Shown one piece after another: positions 12,759-25,740 of a DNA stretch of 64,000 bases. Both the position numbers and the translations under genes were made by a program. Numbering within the stretch: the first letter of the stretch is position 1; each line of letters opens with the position of its first letter. The stretch spans positions 17,360,001-17,424,000 of the forward strand of contig NC_043008.1 in the NCBI RefSeq assembly GCF_006345805.1, read 5' to 3'. Source of the DNA: Octopus sinensis (lineage: Eukaryota). A model generated the notes under the pieces. It worked only from the letters and a program-made list of their open reading frames with translations, had not been told where the DNA came from and searched no databases.

Positions 12759-12904
12759 AAACAGTATAAGCTTCGACACACGAACTCACATAAAGAATGT
12801 TACAAATCAAATATAGATATTACCATTATATAAAAAGAGCACTTACTTTTGTACTTCTATAAACCCTTTTGTTTCCATAAAAGAGACAAATATTATTTCT
12901 TGTC

Positions 12905-12958
<54 letters not shown>

Positions 12959-12979
12959 GAAGGGAGAGAGTGAGATGTA

Positions 12980-13140
12980 TATGCGACGAGATTCTCTTAC
13001 TTTCCATCTACCAAATTCATTCTCAAGGCTTTGGTCGGTCTGAGACTACAGTAAAATACACTTGATGAAGGGGCCACTAGTGGGAGTGAACGCGGAACCT
13101 AATGACTGAGAATCAGGCTTCTTCCCACACAGCAACGCCT
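12980..13140 (-). mobile_element. SINE family A, 5' part
   Basis: ccatctaccaaattcattctcaaggctttggtcgg core plus head remnant. Confidence 0.8.
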
Positions 13141-13440
13141 AAAATTTTCTCGAAAAGCGTATGTGATTTTCATAAAAAATATTTCATGTTTGGCGCACTT
13201 TTTCTGAAAAGAACACCAGCTTCGTCTGTAGCACGTCTTCGCTCTCATGGATCTGTGTTCGCAACACAGAAGAAGCAGAAAGCCTTGAAAGTGTCAGCTG
13301 CAAGTGATGGGCAATGGATGGTAATTATGACGATTATAACGATTATGACGATGACACAGCTAAACCAACGAGCTGCTAGATTCATACGACTACGGCTACC
13401 GTCACATCTAATCCCACATCTAATACAAAGTTTGAACTGT

Positions 13441-13822
13441 GGAGGCGCAATGGCCCAGTGGTTAGGGCAGCTGACTCGCGGTCATAGGATCTCGGTTTCG
13501 ATTCCCAGACCGGGCGTTGTGAGTGTTTATTGTGCAAAAACACCTAAAAGCTCCACGACGCTTCGGCAGGGGATGGTGGTGATCCCTACTGTACTCTTTC
13601 ACCACAACTTTCTCTCACTCTTACTTCCTGTTTCTGTTTTACCTGTATTTCAAGGGGCCGGCCTTGTCACTCTCTGTGTCACGCTAAATATCCCCGAGAA
13701 CTACGTTAAGGGTACACGTGTCTGTGGAGTGCTCAGCCACTTACACGTTAATGTCACGAGCAGGCTGTTGATTCGGATCAACCGGAAACCTCATCGTCGT
13801 AACCGACGGAGTGCTTCCATGC
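13441..13822 (+). mobile_element. SINE family C (tRNA-Arg-like head), full length
   Basis: ggaggcgcaatggcccagtggttagggcagctgactcgcggtcataggat...gtttcgattccc; the tail ends cgtcgtaaccgacggagtg. Confidence 0.92.
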
Positions 13823-14018
13823 ATCACCCTTTTCAACATTCAAAACTCAACAGTTTCTGTTCTTTTCATCGATACCAACTCGACTAGATGGTCACACTGA
13901 GAAAACCCTAAAATCAGAAATAATCTTAACGTTACACACACACGCGTACACGCTTATACACACACCCATGATTACACACAAAGGTGCACATGTACACATA
14001 CACACAAACACAAATGTA

Positions 14019-14249
14019 TACGAGGGTGTTAGGGTGCCTGGCTTTAAGTTCCTCGCTTTTAGAGTATCACCAAAGGCCTGGTTGGAGACCCAACCTTCTG
14101 AGTTCTTTTGTAGGGCTTAGAAAAGCTAAAGGGCTGCTGCAAAATTTGCGAGAATTTGAGAAGGAAATAAGTTGAATAAAATCATAATTAACCGATCCCC
14201 TTGTATTTCCTTCTACCCAAAATCAGGAAATTTTCAGCACACCCTCGTA
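14019..14249. mobile_element. Mariner-type MITE (~230 bp)
   Basis: Ends TAcgagggtgt and acaccctcgTA: inverted termini with a TA duplication, similar to the TIR at 8145. Confidence 0.8.
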
Positions 14250-14383
14250 AATGATAACACTGGATGCAACCCTAAAATCAGAAATAATTTGGTCGTTACA
14301 CACATATATACATACGCGCTCACTCGCACGCACACACGCGCTTGAGCGCCCGCGTACACATACGCATGTCTTTTATCTTTTAT

Positions 14384-14925
14384 TTTTTACTTGCTTAGTT
14401 ATTAGAATGTTACCATGCTGGAGCAACGTTTTGAATTTTTAATCGAATGAATCGATAACAGTAGGTCTTTTACTTCTTAAGCCTTCTACTTATTCATTCC
14501 GTCTCTTTTGTCGAATCGATATGTTAACCCCTTACCCAACAATTATTTTGAAAATAAATGTATTTTTTCAGACATATTTTTTAATTGTTTTATTTTACTA
14601 TGTTTTGAATGGTGATTTCGAGGTGTATTTCAAACCTTATTTATTATGAATTTTAGTTCAATAATATTGATTTTAAATTACCGCTTTGGGCAGAAACGAG
14701 TTAACCCGTTTTTAGACGAAGGAACTCGTTTGCTGTCAATTTTGGCGAGTCTATCTTTTGACGAGTTAACTCACCAGAGATAGAAAAAAACGATTTCGGT
14801 CAAAACGTATATATTCGTTTCTGCCGGGTAGGGGGTTAAGGGACGCAAGCAAACCAAAACAGGTTGCCAGCACACCGGGGGACAAACAAAAACAAGCACA
14901 CGGACACTCACATACATATATATAC
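14384..14925 (-). mobile_element. SINE family A (3' part) split by a TTAA insertion
   Basis: SINE sequence stops at gatatgTTAA and resumes at TTAAgggacgc. Confidence 0.75.
14528..14835. mobile_element. piggyBac-like non-autonomous element (308 bp)
   Basis: TTAA at 14524-14527 and 14836-14839; termini ccccttaccc / gggtaggggg. Confidence 0.8.
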
Positions 14926-15158
14926 AAGTTTGGCCAAATTCACCTGACATATTAAATCAAATTCATGTGATTCCCAGATTAAAAAAAAAATTATTTTATA
15001 TGAGACTTCGCTAATAAATAGACAAAAGTTGAAAGAAAAAAAAACGGTGTCTTTAACTCACAGCATTCAAAGTTATCACAACATTCATAAATGGAATGAA
15101 TAAATAAAATTAAACATTAAGTATTTATGGAATTTTCAATTACTGCCAGATGACTTTG

Positions 15159-15257
<99 letters not shown>

Positions 15258-15345
15258 GTATGTATGTATGTATGTACGTACGTATGTAAGTATGTATGTA
15301 TGTATGTATGTATGTATGTATGTATATATATATGTATGTATATAT

Positions 15346-15379
<34 letters not shown>

Positions 15380-15580
15380 GGGAGAGTTTACGAAAGAAAC
15401 AAAAGATGAAGACAGGTGGTGTGTACAAAACAAACAGATGTATTAGTATAACGCTCTGGAATAGAAAAAGTCTTTTACGTTTCGAACCTACGCTCTTCTA
15501 CAGAAAGGGACACAGAAAAAAACAAGGAGAGAAACAAGGAGAGAAAAAAACGTGTGTAGTGGCTCACGATATATTATGGC

Positions 15581-15615
<35 letters not shown>

Positions 15616-15618
<3 letters not shown>

Positions 15619-15765
15619 GGCGGGCTTCTTTCAGTTTCCGTCCACCAAATCCACTCACAAGGCTTTGGTCAGCCCGAGGCCCAAGGAAACAATTACCGAA
15701 GGTGCCACTCAGTGGAATCGAGTCGTTGGGAATCAAGTTTCCAAACACACAGTTACGCCTGCGCT
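15616..15765 (-). mobile_element. SINE family A, 5' part
   Basis: cgggcttctttcagtttccgtc.accaaatccactcacaaggctttggtc core. Confidence 0.85.
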
Positions 15766-15917
15766 AATAAGCATATAAATGAAAGAAATATAAGTGGCAC
15801 GTTTTGTTAATATAGGAGAACTTGTGCAGCTGGTAATTATTGTGACTCTGGTTTTGTTAACATACTTATAGATACGCTTATATTAAGCATCTATATACTA
15901 TTTACTCTTTTTTTAAT

Positions 15918-16317
15918 CTTTTACTCTTTTACTTGTTTCAGTCATTTGACTGCGGCCATGCTGGAGCACCGCCTTTAGTCGAGCAAATCGACCCCGGGAC
16001 TTATTCTTTGAGAGCCCAGTACTTATTCTATCGGTCTCTTATGCCGAACTGCTAAGTTACGGGGACGTAAACACACCAGCATCGGTTGTCAAGCAATGCT
16101 AGGGACAAACACAGACACACAAAACTACACGCACATATATATATATATATACATATATACGACGGGCTTCTTCAGTTTCCGTCTACACAAATCCACTCAC
16201 AAGGATTGATCGGCCCGAGGCTATAGTAGAAGACACTTGCCCAAGGTGCCACGCAGTGGGACTGAACCCGGAACCATGTGGTTGGGTAGCAAGCTACTTA
16301 CCACACAGCCACTCCTG
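15918..16317 (-). mobile_element. SINE family A, full length
   Basis: Complete head, core, microsatellite and (aagagta)n tail. Confidence 0.93.
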
Positions 16318-16696
16318 TAACAGATATCAATTCCATTTTTTTTTTTAATAAATGTTCTTATGATGGTACTCAAGTCTTAGAAAATGGTATGGCGTGGATC
16401 CTGCGGAACGTATTTGAATACCTACAGACAAGAAGATAACAGTTTCGATGTAATTTTCAATGTCAGAAACGTAGAAGACAGACTGTGAGTAATTGACTCA
16501 CCATTGGCGTTTGACTATAAGTTTACGCAAAAGTTAGAACGAAAGCAGACGTTGATTTTTATTTTAATAGCTTATGACATTTAAGATTTTTGTTCGTTAT
16601 CATCATTAGCATCACCGTCGTAGCCGTCGTCAATATTGTCAGCATCGACGTCCGCGTCATCGTCGTCGTAATCATTATCATCATCGACATTACATC

Positions 16697-16702
16697 CTTC
16701 TT

Positions 16703-16733
<31 letters not shown>

Positions 16734-17529
16734 TTATTATTATTATTATTAATTATATTATATAATTAATAATAATAATAATTAATTATTATTTTTTATT
16801 ATTATTATTATTATCATTATTATTAATTATTGAGTGAGAGAGCAGTGCATGCCATCAAAGTGTGACACTGGGGAAAAATATACGAAGCCCAATATACCCA
16901 TCATGACTACACGTCTGATAAGGGTACACAGGCACATGCATCACAACCATATGTGCGCGAACCATGGTGATCTCATATAAGATAAACAGCACATGACCTT
17001 GCAGGTGGGGCCCCAGTTAGAATTTTCTTCAGGTTGGAGTAGCCCATCCCGCTCAAAAGGTCCCTGAATAAGGGTTGTTTAAGGATGTTGAAAGAACCAC
17101 CCATGTTTTCCAGAGGTGATTATTCAAACCCCAAAGAATCCCTCTCAACACATGGCTATGATGCTCCCCCACTACTTCTGCTCGTGATCAGAGATGCACA
17201 TATCATCAGCCACTAAGGGACATGCTCAACTGGGTTACGGTTTCAAAACAATGACAAGCAAATCTGTGGTATTGAGCAGAATATTTGCTGTAGCCCATCT
17301 TTTATACCAAGACAAAACAATGTACTGATAACACTTCCAATCAGTTAAAGATCAGAAGAAGCATGAGAGCCACTGCCTGGTACTGCATCAGGGCATTTAT
17401 TATATTATTTTATTATTATTTATTAATTATTATTATTATATTATTATTTATTATTATCCATTATTTTATTATTATTATTATTATTATTATATTATTAGTA
17501 GTAGTATAGTAGTGTAGTTTTAGTAGTTT

Positions 17530-17563
<34 letters not shown>

Positions 17564-17994
17564 TTGACTGTTGCTTTACATTTGTACAGGTTTGCTCCAA
17601 GTTTCATACTAATTATTATTATTATTTATCATATTACTATTATTATTTTCTTCCCTCCTTTCTTCTCTTGTCTGCTTTCTTGCTTCTTCTTCTTTTATTA
17701 TTATTAATTATTTATTATTATTATTATTATATTATTATTATTATTATTTTCATTATTATTTATTATCATTATTATTATATATTTATTATTATATTATTAT
17801 TTTAGTAGTAGTAGTAGTAGTAGTTACTAGTAGTAGTGTAGTCGTAGTTTGACTGTTGCTTTACATTTGCTACAGGTTGCCTCCAAGTTTCATACTAATT
17901 ATTATTATTCTTATTATATTAGTTTTATATTCCTTTTCTTACCTCCTTCTTTTCTTCTTCGCATTCTCTTCTTCTTCTTCTCTTCTTCTTCTTA

Positions 17995-18030
<36 letters not shown>

Positions 18031-18215
18031 CATTATTTTCCCTTCTTATCTGTTTTCTTTTCTATTCTCCTTCTTCTCCTCCTCCTCCTCCTTCTTCTTC
18101 TTCTTTTTCTTCTTCTTCCTCTAATCCTTCCTCTTCTTCTTCTTCTTCTTCTTCTTTCTTCTTCTTCTTCTTCTTCTTCTAATTATTCCACTTCTTCTTC
18201 TTCTTCTTCTCCTTC
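16697..18215. repeat. Compound (TTC)n/(TTA)n/(GTA)n microsatellite field with embedded inserts
   Basis: Visible trinucleotide runs; explains the poly-I/poly-S/poly-R ORFs. Confidence 0.95.
16832..17396 (-). mobile_element. 565-bp non-coding interspersed element embedded in (TAA)n
   Basis: Flanked on both sides by (TTA)n. Its left 130 bp recur at 44916 and 45439. No ORF or obvious pol III A/B boxes. Confidence 0.8.
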
Positions 18216-18709
18216 TTCTCCTGGTTCTTCTACGCATTTGCATTTGTAAGCATGTGGGTTGTTGCAGAATAGTTCGTGTACCGTCATAGACAGAACACAT
18301 GACAGTTACAGAACACAGTGATATAGGGACCCGATTAAGAACCATTTTAATCACGGATAACACTGCTCCCTCCCAACTCCAATCAATACATAAAATGGGT
18401 TAATATCTTAGAAGGAATACCAAAATCCTAACGGCATTTCTTTATCGGCTCTATGGCATTAAACTGAAGGCGGTCTTCTTATCGTCTCCGTTGTTGTGGT
18501 ATACATTAGAATATAAACAAACCTAAGAACACACAGTGTCAGTCAATTCACACTCGGATGAATATCTACCACTTAGATTTTTGTTGAGAGGAACGACAAC
18601 CACGACCATCTTTTACTAAATGTATTACCATCTGGCACGTCTAAAAATAGTCCTAATCTGTCCCTTGTTGGTGCTACGCTGTATCCGGGCCACCTATTTT
18701 GTATGATTT

Positions 18710-19113
18710 ACTAGCAGTATTGCCCGGCGTTGCTCGGATTTGTAAGGGAAATAACTATATAAGCATTTTTAGAGAGTTATAGCCAAAAAATAGCAAAAAA
18801 TACATTAAAAAATGGAAAAAAAAATTATGGTAAATTTTTTGTTAAATCGTTGACTCATCGTAGACATTTTTAGAGAGTTACTTCCCTTAATAATAGCGAA
18901 AAAAGGACACTTAAAATGGAAAGAAAACTGATGGAATTTTTTTTTTAAATCGTAGACTCATCGTAGACGCGTGCTAATTCCCAGAAGGGCTCGAGATGTG
19001 AATCACGACTATAAGATACCCCGGTTTGGTTAAACTGCACCGCAAGATGTGGGAGTAGTTAGGAATCTAAATCGTAGAGACAGACACACAACCTTACTTT
19101 TATATATAAAAAT
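18710..19113 (+). mobile_element. Helentron-associated/DINE-1-like non-autonomous element
   Basis: Starts actagcagtattgcccggcgttgctcgg, has two internal ~100-bp repeats, and ends ttttatatataaaaat. Confidence 0.72.
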
Positions 19114-19503
19114 ATGCATTTCTTGATGGAATTCTGGTTTCATCTACACCATCAGCTCATTATTTGTTCCCGTTTTATTGTCATGCAGTGATCGTATAAC
19201 AAACCCTCACTCAATTCGCTCAGAGAGATATGCAGCTCTTTGGGATATTGACAAATCGTGAATTTCACGATTCCACACGGGGAATCTGGATTTTACTACT
19301 AAGAAATTGCTCATACACAACGTAAACATATCTTATTTTTTTTTTTTAGTATTTCATTATTTGTGTCCTTTCACGTTAAACAACGAAAACCCTTGTGCGC
19401 TTATTTTATCTTCATTTTCTCTTAATTACCACAAGATAATGGCGTGATTCTACGAAAATTTCCTGACAGTTATTGGCCTTCGGCTGCTGGAAGTTAGGAC
19501 GCG

Positions 19504-20427
19504 AACAGAAGTACACTGAAAATTGCAGCTGCCGAAAGCTACCTGCTACTGATATTTCTGCTGCTTCCACTGCTTTCTTTCTCCCGTCCCTCCCTTTCTC
19601 CCCCCTCACCTCTCTCTCTTTCTCTCTATGCTCTCCACCTTTTAAGGTCCTCACAGAGAGAAACTCACGCATAGGTTCTCACACTTATAGCAAAACAACG
19701 TATTTCATCTGTACCGCTAGTCCCATTGTTATTCCTATTTCTATACTACCCCACAAGGGGCGAAAACAGACAGAGAGGACATATAAGGACAGACACCGGA
19801 TTGAGTCGATTATATCGACCTCAGTGCGTAACTGGTACTTATTAATCGACCCGGAAAGATGAAGGCAAAGTCGAACTCGGCGGAATTTGAACTCAGAAAC
19901 GTAAAGACAGACGAAATACGCTAAGCATTCGCCCGGTGTGCTAACGTTTCTGCCAGCTCGCAGCCTTCCCATTGTCATTCTGTCTGCTGACCCAGTGTGA
20001 TGGGGCTCGGGAAGAAATTTGTTTCTTTCAGAGCCACCAGAATTGTTGTTATAAAGACATCTTTCAACCCCTCGACCGAAGCCTTGTGAGTGGATTCGGT
20101 GGGCGGGAAACTAAAAGGAGCCGTTCTATATATGTGCACGCCGAACGCATGTCTGTTCTGTTATTTGTTATTCTGCTAACCGGTTCAGTCTTTGACTGCA
20201 GCCATATTGGGGCATTTTTTTTAAAGGGGTTTTTAGTCGAAAACATCGCCAAAGGACTTATTCTGTAGGTGTCTTTTGTCGAGCCGTTTTAAAGCTACGA
20301 TCGCGTAAAACACACATCGGTTGTCAAACGATTGTTTGAGGATCAAACATAGACACAAACAAAAACACACAAACAATCTACGCATATATACATACATACC
20401 ATACATATATATATATATATACTATAT

Positions 20428-20458
<31 letters not shown>

Positions 20459-21469
20459 CTTATCTATATAATGTATGTAGTATNNNNNNNNNNNNNNNNN
20501 NNNNNNNNNNNNNNNNNNNNNNNNNNNNNNNNNNNNNNNNNNNNNNNNNNNNNNNNNNNNNNNNNNNNNNNNNNNNNNNNNNNAACAGAAGTACACTGAA
20601 AATTGCAGCTGCCGAAAGCTACCTGCTACTGATATTCTGCTGCTTTCCACTGCTTTCTTTCTCCCTGTCCCCTCCCTTTCTCCCCCCTCACCCTCTCTCT
20701 CTTTCTCTCTATGCTCTCCACCTTTTATAGGTCCTCACAGAGAGAACTCACGCATAGGGTTCTCACACTTATAGCAAACAACGTATTTCATCTGTACCGC
20801 TAGTCGCATTGTTATTCCTATTTCTATACTACCCACAAGGGGCGAAACACATAGAGGACATATAAGGACAGACAAACGGATTGAGTCGATTATATCGACC
20901 TCAGTGCGTAACTGGTACTTATTTAATCGACCCCGAAAGGATGAAAGGCAAAGTCGACCTCGGCGGAATTTGAACTCAGAACGTAAAGACAGACGAAATA
21001 CCGCTAAGCATTTCGCCCGGTGTGCTAACGTTTCTGCCAGCTCGCCGCCTTCCCATTGTCATTCCTGTCTGCTGACACAGTGTGATGGGGCTCGGGAAGA
21101 ACTTTGTTGTCTTTCAGAGCCACCAGAATTTGTTGTTATAAAGACATCTTTCAACCCCTCGACCGAAGCCTTGTGAGTGGATTCGGTGGGCGGAAACTAA
21201 AAGGAGCCTGTTCTATATATGTGCACGAACGCATGTCTGTTCTGTTATTCTGTTATTCTGCTAACCGGTTCAGTCATTTGACTGCAGCCATACTGGGGCA
21301 CCGTTTTAAAGGGTTTTTAGTCGAAAACATCGCCAACAGGACTTATTCTGTAGGTGTCTTTTGTCGAGCCGTTAAGCTACGATCGCGTAAACACAACATC
21401 GGTTGTCAAACGATGTTGAGGGATCAAACATAGACACAAAGAAACACGCACAAACAAATCTACGCATAT

Positions 21470-21534
<65 letters not shown>

Positions 21535-21550
21535 ATATTGTATGTATGTA
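19504..21550. other. ~1-kb duplication across a 100-N gap (20484-20583), probable assembly artefact
   Basis: 19504-20483 repeats at 20584 onward. The first copy shows many single-base/homopolymer losses relative to the second copy and the SINE consensus. Confidence 0.8.
19735..19967 (-). mobile_element. SINE family B monomer (duplicated at 20818-21051)
   Basis: Full head, core and B1 tail on the minus strand. Confidence 0.9.
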
Positions 21551-21637
21551 TGTATGTATGTATATATGTATGTACGGTTCAGTGATTAGAAAATTCAGCG
21601 AAAAACGTACTCCATCTGGTGAGAGATAAATATTAAT

Positions 21638-21788
21638 TGGTGCAGGAGTGATACTGTGCTTCCCAACCACATGGTTCCGCGTTCAGTCCCACTACATGAC
21701 ACCTTAGGCAATTGTCTTCTAATATAGCCTACGATCGACCACAGCCTTGTGAGTGGATTTGGTAGATGAAAACTGAAAGAAGCCCGTC

Positions 21789-21790
<2 letters not shown>
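21638..21790 (+). mobile_element. SINE family A, 5' part
   Basis: ggtgcaggagtg...aaccacatggttccgcgttcagtccc...gaaagaagcccgtcgtatat. Confidence 0.88.
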
Positions 21791-21826
<36 letters not shown>

Positions 21827-21993
21827 CATAGATTAACAACTAGGCTTACAAAGAAGTCTTGGTGTCGATTTGTTGTAAACGATTGAAAGAATATATATTA
21901 TATATATGTATAAGTATGTATGTGTGTGTGCGTGTATATATATATATATACACACACACATATATATATATACATTGATAGATAGATAAATAA

Positions 21994-22024
<31 letters not shown>

Positions 22025-22026
<2 letters not shown>

Positions 22027-22158
22027 CGATGGGCGTCCTACAGTATTTAGTCAGCCCGATGTTATAGCAGAAGACACTTACTTGCCAAGGTGCTACGCAG
22101 TGGGACTGAAACCGGACCCAAGTCGTTGGGAAAAAAATTTCTTACCACAAAATCACGC
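22025..22158 (-). mobile_element. SINE family A head fragment
   Basis: gaagacactt.cttgccaaggtgc.acgcagtgggactgaa. Confidence 0.8.
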
Positions 22159-22191
22159 GTATATGTATACACACACACATTCACACACACA

Positions 22192-22244
<53 letters not shown>

Positions 22245-22320
22245 ATATATATATATATATAAAGAGAGTGTATGGGATAGAGAGGAACAGATACACAGAC
22301 AGACATACAGAGATATATAG

Positions 22321-22324
22321 ATAA

Positions 22325-22386
<62 letters not shown>

Positions 22387-22551
22387 TATGGATAGTAGAT
22401 AGATGGATAGATAGATGATGAGATAGATATAGATAGATAGATAGATAGTAGATAGATAGATAGATAGATGGATATTGGATGAGATAGATAGATTAGATAG
22501 ATGGATAGATAGATAGATAGATTAGATAGATAGATAGATAGATAGATAGAT

Positions 22552-22598
<47 letters not shown>
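22321..22598. repeat. (GATA)n microsatellite
   Basis: Long imperfect GATA run. Confidence 0.97.
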
Positions 22599-22600
<2 letters not shown>

Positions 22601-23254
22601 TATGCAGAAAGATAAATAGATGTGATTCTGTGGGTTTGTGTGCGTGTGAGTGTGTGAGCGCGCGCAATCATATGAGTGTAATTGCGCATACTTTGTGTGC
22701 ACTTTTTTGAAGGGCATATTTAAGCTAGAGTGACAAAGTGACTGAGAGCCAAGGAGACAAGTGGAATCAATGCTCGTTCTCCAAGAACAACAAATGCAAT
22801 TTTCTCAAATAACTGTCGGGAGAAAAATCGAGGTCGGCAAATGGACTGCGTGACATAGCTATAAGAAGGTCAGAAAGGATGTAACACGTATATTGCCGAA
22901 GAAAAATGCTTAACCTTTAACGGATAACTACTATAATTGAGGATAGTAAGGAAAGGTCATGACTTGGTTACTTTATAAATAAAATGAATCTTGGTGTGGA
23001 TCGTTAATAAGTAGTTATGAACGTTCAATTTCCTCGCGATTATTGTTATATATTTTAATGAGGTCTTCACAGTCGATCTCTCTCCCTCTCTGTCTTATAC
23101 TGTGCCGCAATAGCTGAATATAAAACGGGGAGAGAAACGAAGAGTGGTTCAGAGTGGTTGCTTGGTTAAGTGTTTTATTAAAGAACGTTTTAATCATAAC
23201 TGTAAAGTGATCAACACACGTTCATAAATGTGGATACATTTGCATATAAATATT

Positions 23255-23755
23255 TAGACACACACTCACACACACAGACAGTCACATATATACACACACA
23301 CAGACAGTCACATATATACACACACACGCACACACACATGCACACACTCACATATATTCACGCACACGCACAAACATACACGTATTCACACACACAAATG
23401 CACAGACGCACGCGCGCGCACACACACACTCAAAAACTCACTCATATACTTAGAAACACACACACAAACGCATACACGCGAACACAGGCCCATTCACACA
23501 CACACACACACACACACACAAATACACACAAACGCGCACACACTGACACACTCAAACACACTCTCACACATACCCAGTCACACACAAAAACACATACACG
23601 CACATACACACACTCACATACATTCACACACACACGCACAAACATAAATACACACACATATTCACACACACAAACAGGCGCACACACACACTCAGAAACA
23701 CACATAATTAGAAACACACATAAACACACACACAAAAAAAACACGCGCACACTCA
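23255..23755. repeat. Cryptic (CA)n low-complexity tract
   Basis: Degenerate CA repeat; source of the His/Thr-rich ORF 23230-23841. Confidence 0.95.
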
Positions 23756-24861
23756 CAAATATTTCTTTTATTGTTTCTTTTACTTGTTTCAGTCATTGGA
23801 CAGCGGCCATGCTAGGGCATCGCCCTGATGTGCTTCTTTGAACTCAACCCATTAATGTTTTTATACATACATGCGTACATGCATACATATATACATACAT
23901 TCACACACGTATCTATACATACACTCACTCACATCTATATATACATTCACACACGTATATACATACATATATGCATATATCCATACGGTCATTCATACAT
24001 ACACTCATACGTATATACATACACGATGCGCTCATTAATACCTCCACACATATAAACACAAGCACATATACATAGATAGAAACATGCTTTTATTTATACA
24101 TACATAAGCATGCTTATATACACACATACACACAGGCATACATACATACATGCATACATACATACATACATACATACATACATACATACATACATACATA
24201 CATACAATAAATGAATGGATATGATGGTACATGATAACCAACGCCTGTAGCTCTAGTTCATGAAGAGGAAAATGTGTGTGTATATATGTTTCTGTGTGCG
24301 TGTGTTTATATGTGTGTGTATGTGTTAGTACGTTTGGTAATTTATTTCGTTACATTAATTTATCTTAACGAAAAAAGGAAACAAACAATACAAGCTTTGT
24401 TTTATTATTTTCACTTATTTCGCTATTTCTCGGTGAAAGGAATAATTTCACACCCCAGTCGTGAACTTCAATGGGTGAATGTATTTTCAAGAAAATATTG
24501 AGAGAATCTTGTTTGGTTTTCATTAGACGAAGAAACCAGATATAACAGACAGATACACATCTTTGAGACATTGAACCAGCTACATTATACTACGAATACA
24601 TAAATACATACATACACATACATACAGAGAGACAGACATATACGCGTCCATACATGCATGTATATAAATATACATACATGTTTCTTTTTATTTCAGTGTA
24701 TATATGAAAGTAAGTAAGCATTAAACTGAAGAATTACACCCTACCTTTGCAGTAGAGTACATGCTTAGTAAACACTAAAAAAGTGCTGTGACTTCCAAAT
24801 TTCGCGTGCTAGCCTTTGGCGAATTGACTAGCATTCCTTCCTTCTAAAAATAATGCGTGCG

Positions 24862-24923
<62 letters not shown>

Positions 24924-24947
24924 TGTGTGTTGTATGCATGTATATAT

Positions 24948-25056
24948 GGAGGCGCAATAAATAGTCCAGTGGTTAGAGCAGAGGACTCGCGGTTGTAGGA
25001 TCGCGGTTTCAATTCCCAGACCGGGAGTTGTGATTGCTTATTGAGCGAAAAAACCC
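24948..25056 (+). mobile_element. SINE family C head fragment
   Basis: ggaggcgcaat...cagtggttag.gcag.ggactcgcggt...ttcccagaccggg. Confidence 0.88.
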
Positions 25057-25079
25057 TAGCAAATGAATAATCTAGAAAA

Positions 25080-25740
25080 TAAATTAGTGGGTTAAACTTT
25101 CTTTAGGTGTATCAGGGTGTATAAATATAGTATAACTGGATTCGCCAATTGGTCTAAAACAAGAATATTACTTAAGTTTTTCGTAAATAAAGCTAATTAA
25201 TATTCATCCAAAAACATGCCCAACAAGTTGTTACATTAGTATACTTACTGATATATTTTAAAGACCAACCATCTGTTTTCCATAATGGGACTGACCAAAG
25301 TCCAGCCATCAATGCAATTGGTCATTTTAATTGAAAACCAAGGACACGCTTATATGGGTAGATGTGAATAAAGAAGTAATTAAAATAAAAGTGTGGGGCT
25401 GTGGGATATGTCATAAGTGGCCCTAGGCAGCATAAAAACCATCCTTACATGAAACAAGCACCGTGCGATAGTATTTAACTACAGTTAAGGGGGGACTACC
25501 GTTATGGGGAGGTGGTTGGTAGGGCATTTACCTTAACATTATAAAACTAAGTCTATCATCTTAAGTAGCCACCATATTCCCAAGTGGTGGTTATACTAAG
25601 CAAACAGTAATTGTCTAAACGTTTATGAATACATTCTGTCTAGTAGACCTACTGAAGGCATAAGCATAAGCCCCAAATTAATTAAACGATTGCAAGTTAA
25701 ATCACTTGCTAATTAGTTATATGGTTGCAAATACAGGGCC
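25080..25740 (-). pseudogene. Possible decayed NeSL/Utopia/R2-like RLE retrotransposon C-terminus
   Basis: Frameshifted NHHL..GGYLR...KVNALPT, PIMENRWLVF and NWRIQLY resemble SNHF..G...RLN.LP, PFENR..AF and WSRDIY. Confidence 0.4.

Noticed and set aside
13441-13520. tRNA-like sequences (also at 4297, 24948, 59011 and SINE-A/B heads)
   Set aside because: SINE heads that continue into SINE bodies; no proper acceptor stem or cloverleaf, so not called as tRNA genes.
13102-13887. Longest ORF in the track (261 aa)
   Set aside because: A chance open frame running through a SINE-A head, an (ATG/ACG)n patch and a complete SINE-C.
17300-17396. HDV-like or hammerhead ribozyme at the 5' end of the 565-bp element
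   Set aside because: I could not build P1/P2/P3 pairings or a complete hammerhead core by eye.
23230-23841. 203-aa His/Thr-rich ORF and the many YI/CV/poly-I/poly-N/poly-S ORFs
   Set aside because: Translations of CA, TA, TTA, TTC and GATA microsatellites; not genes.
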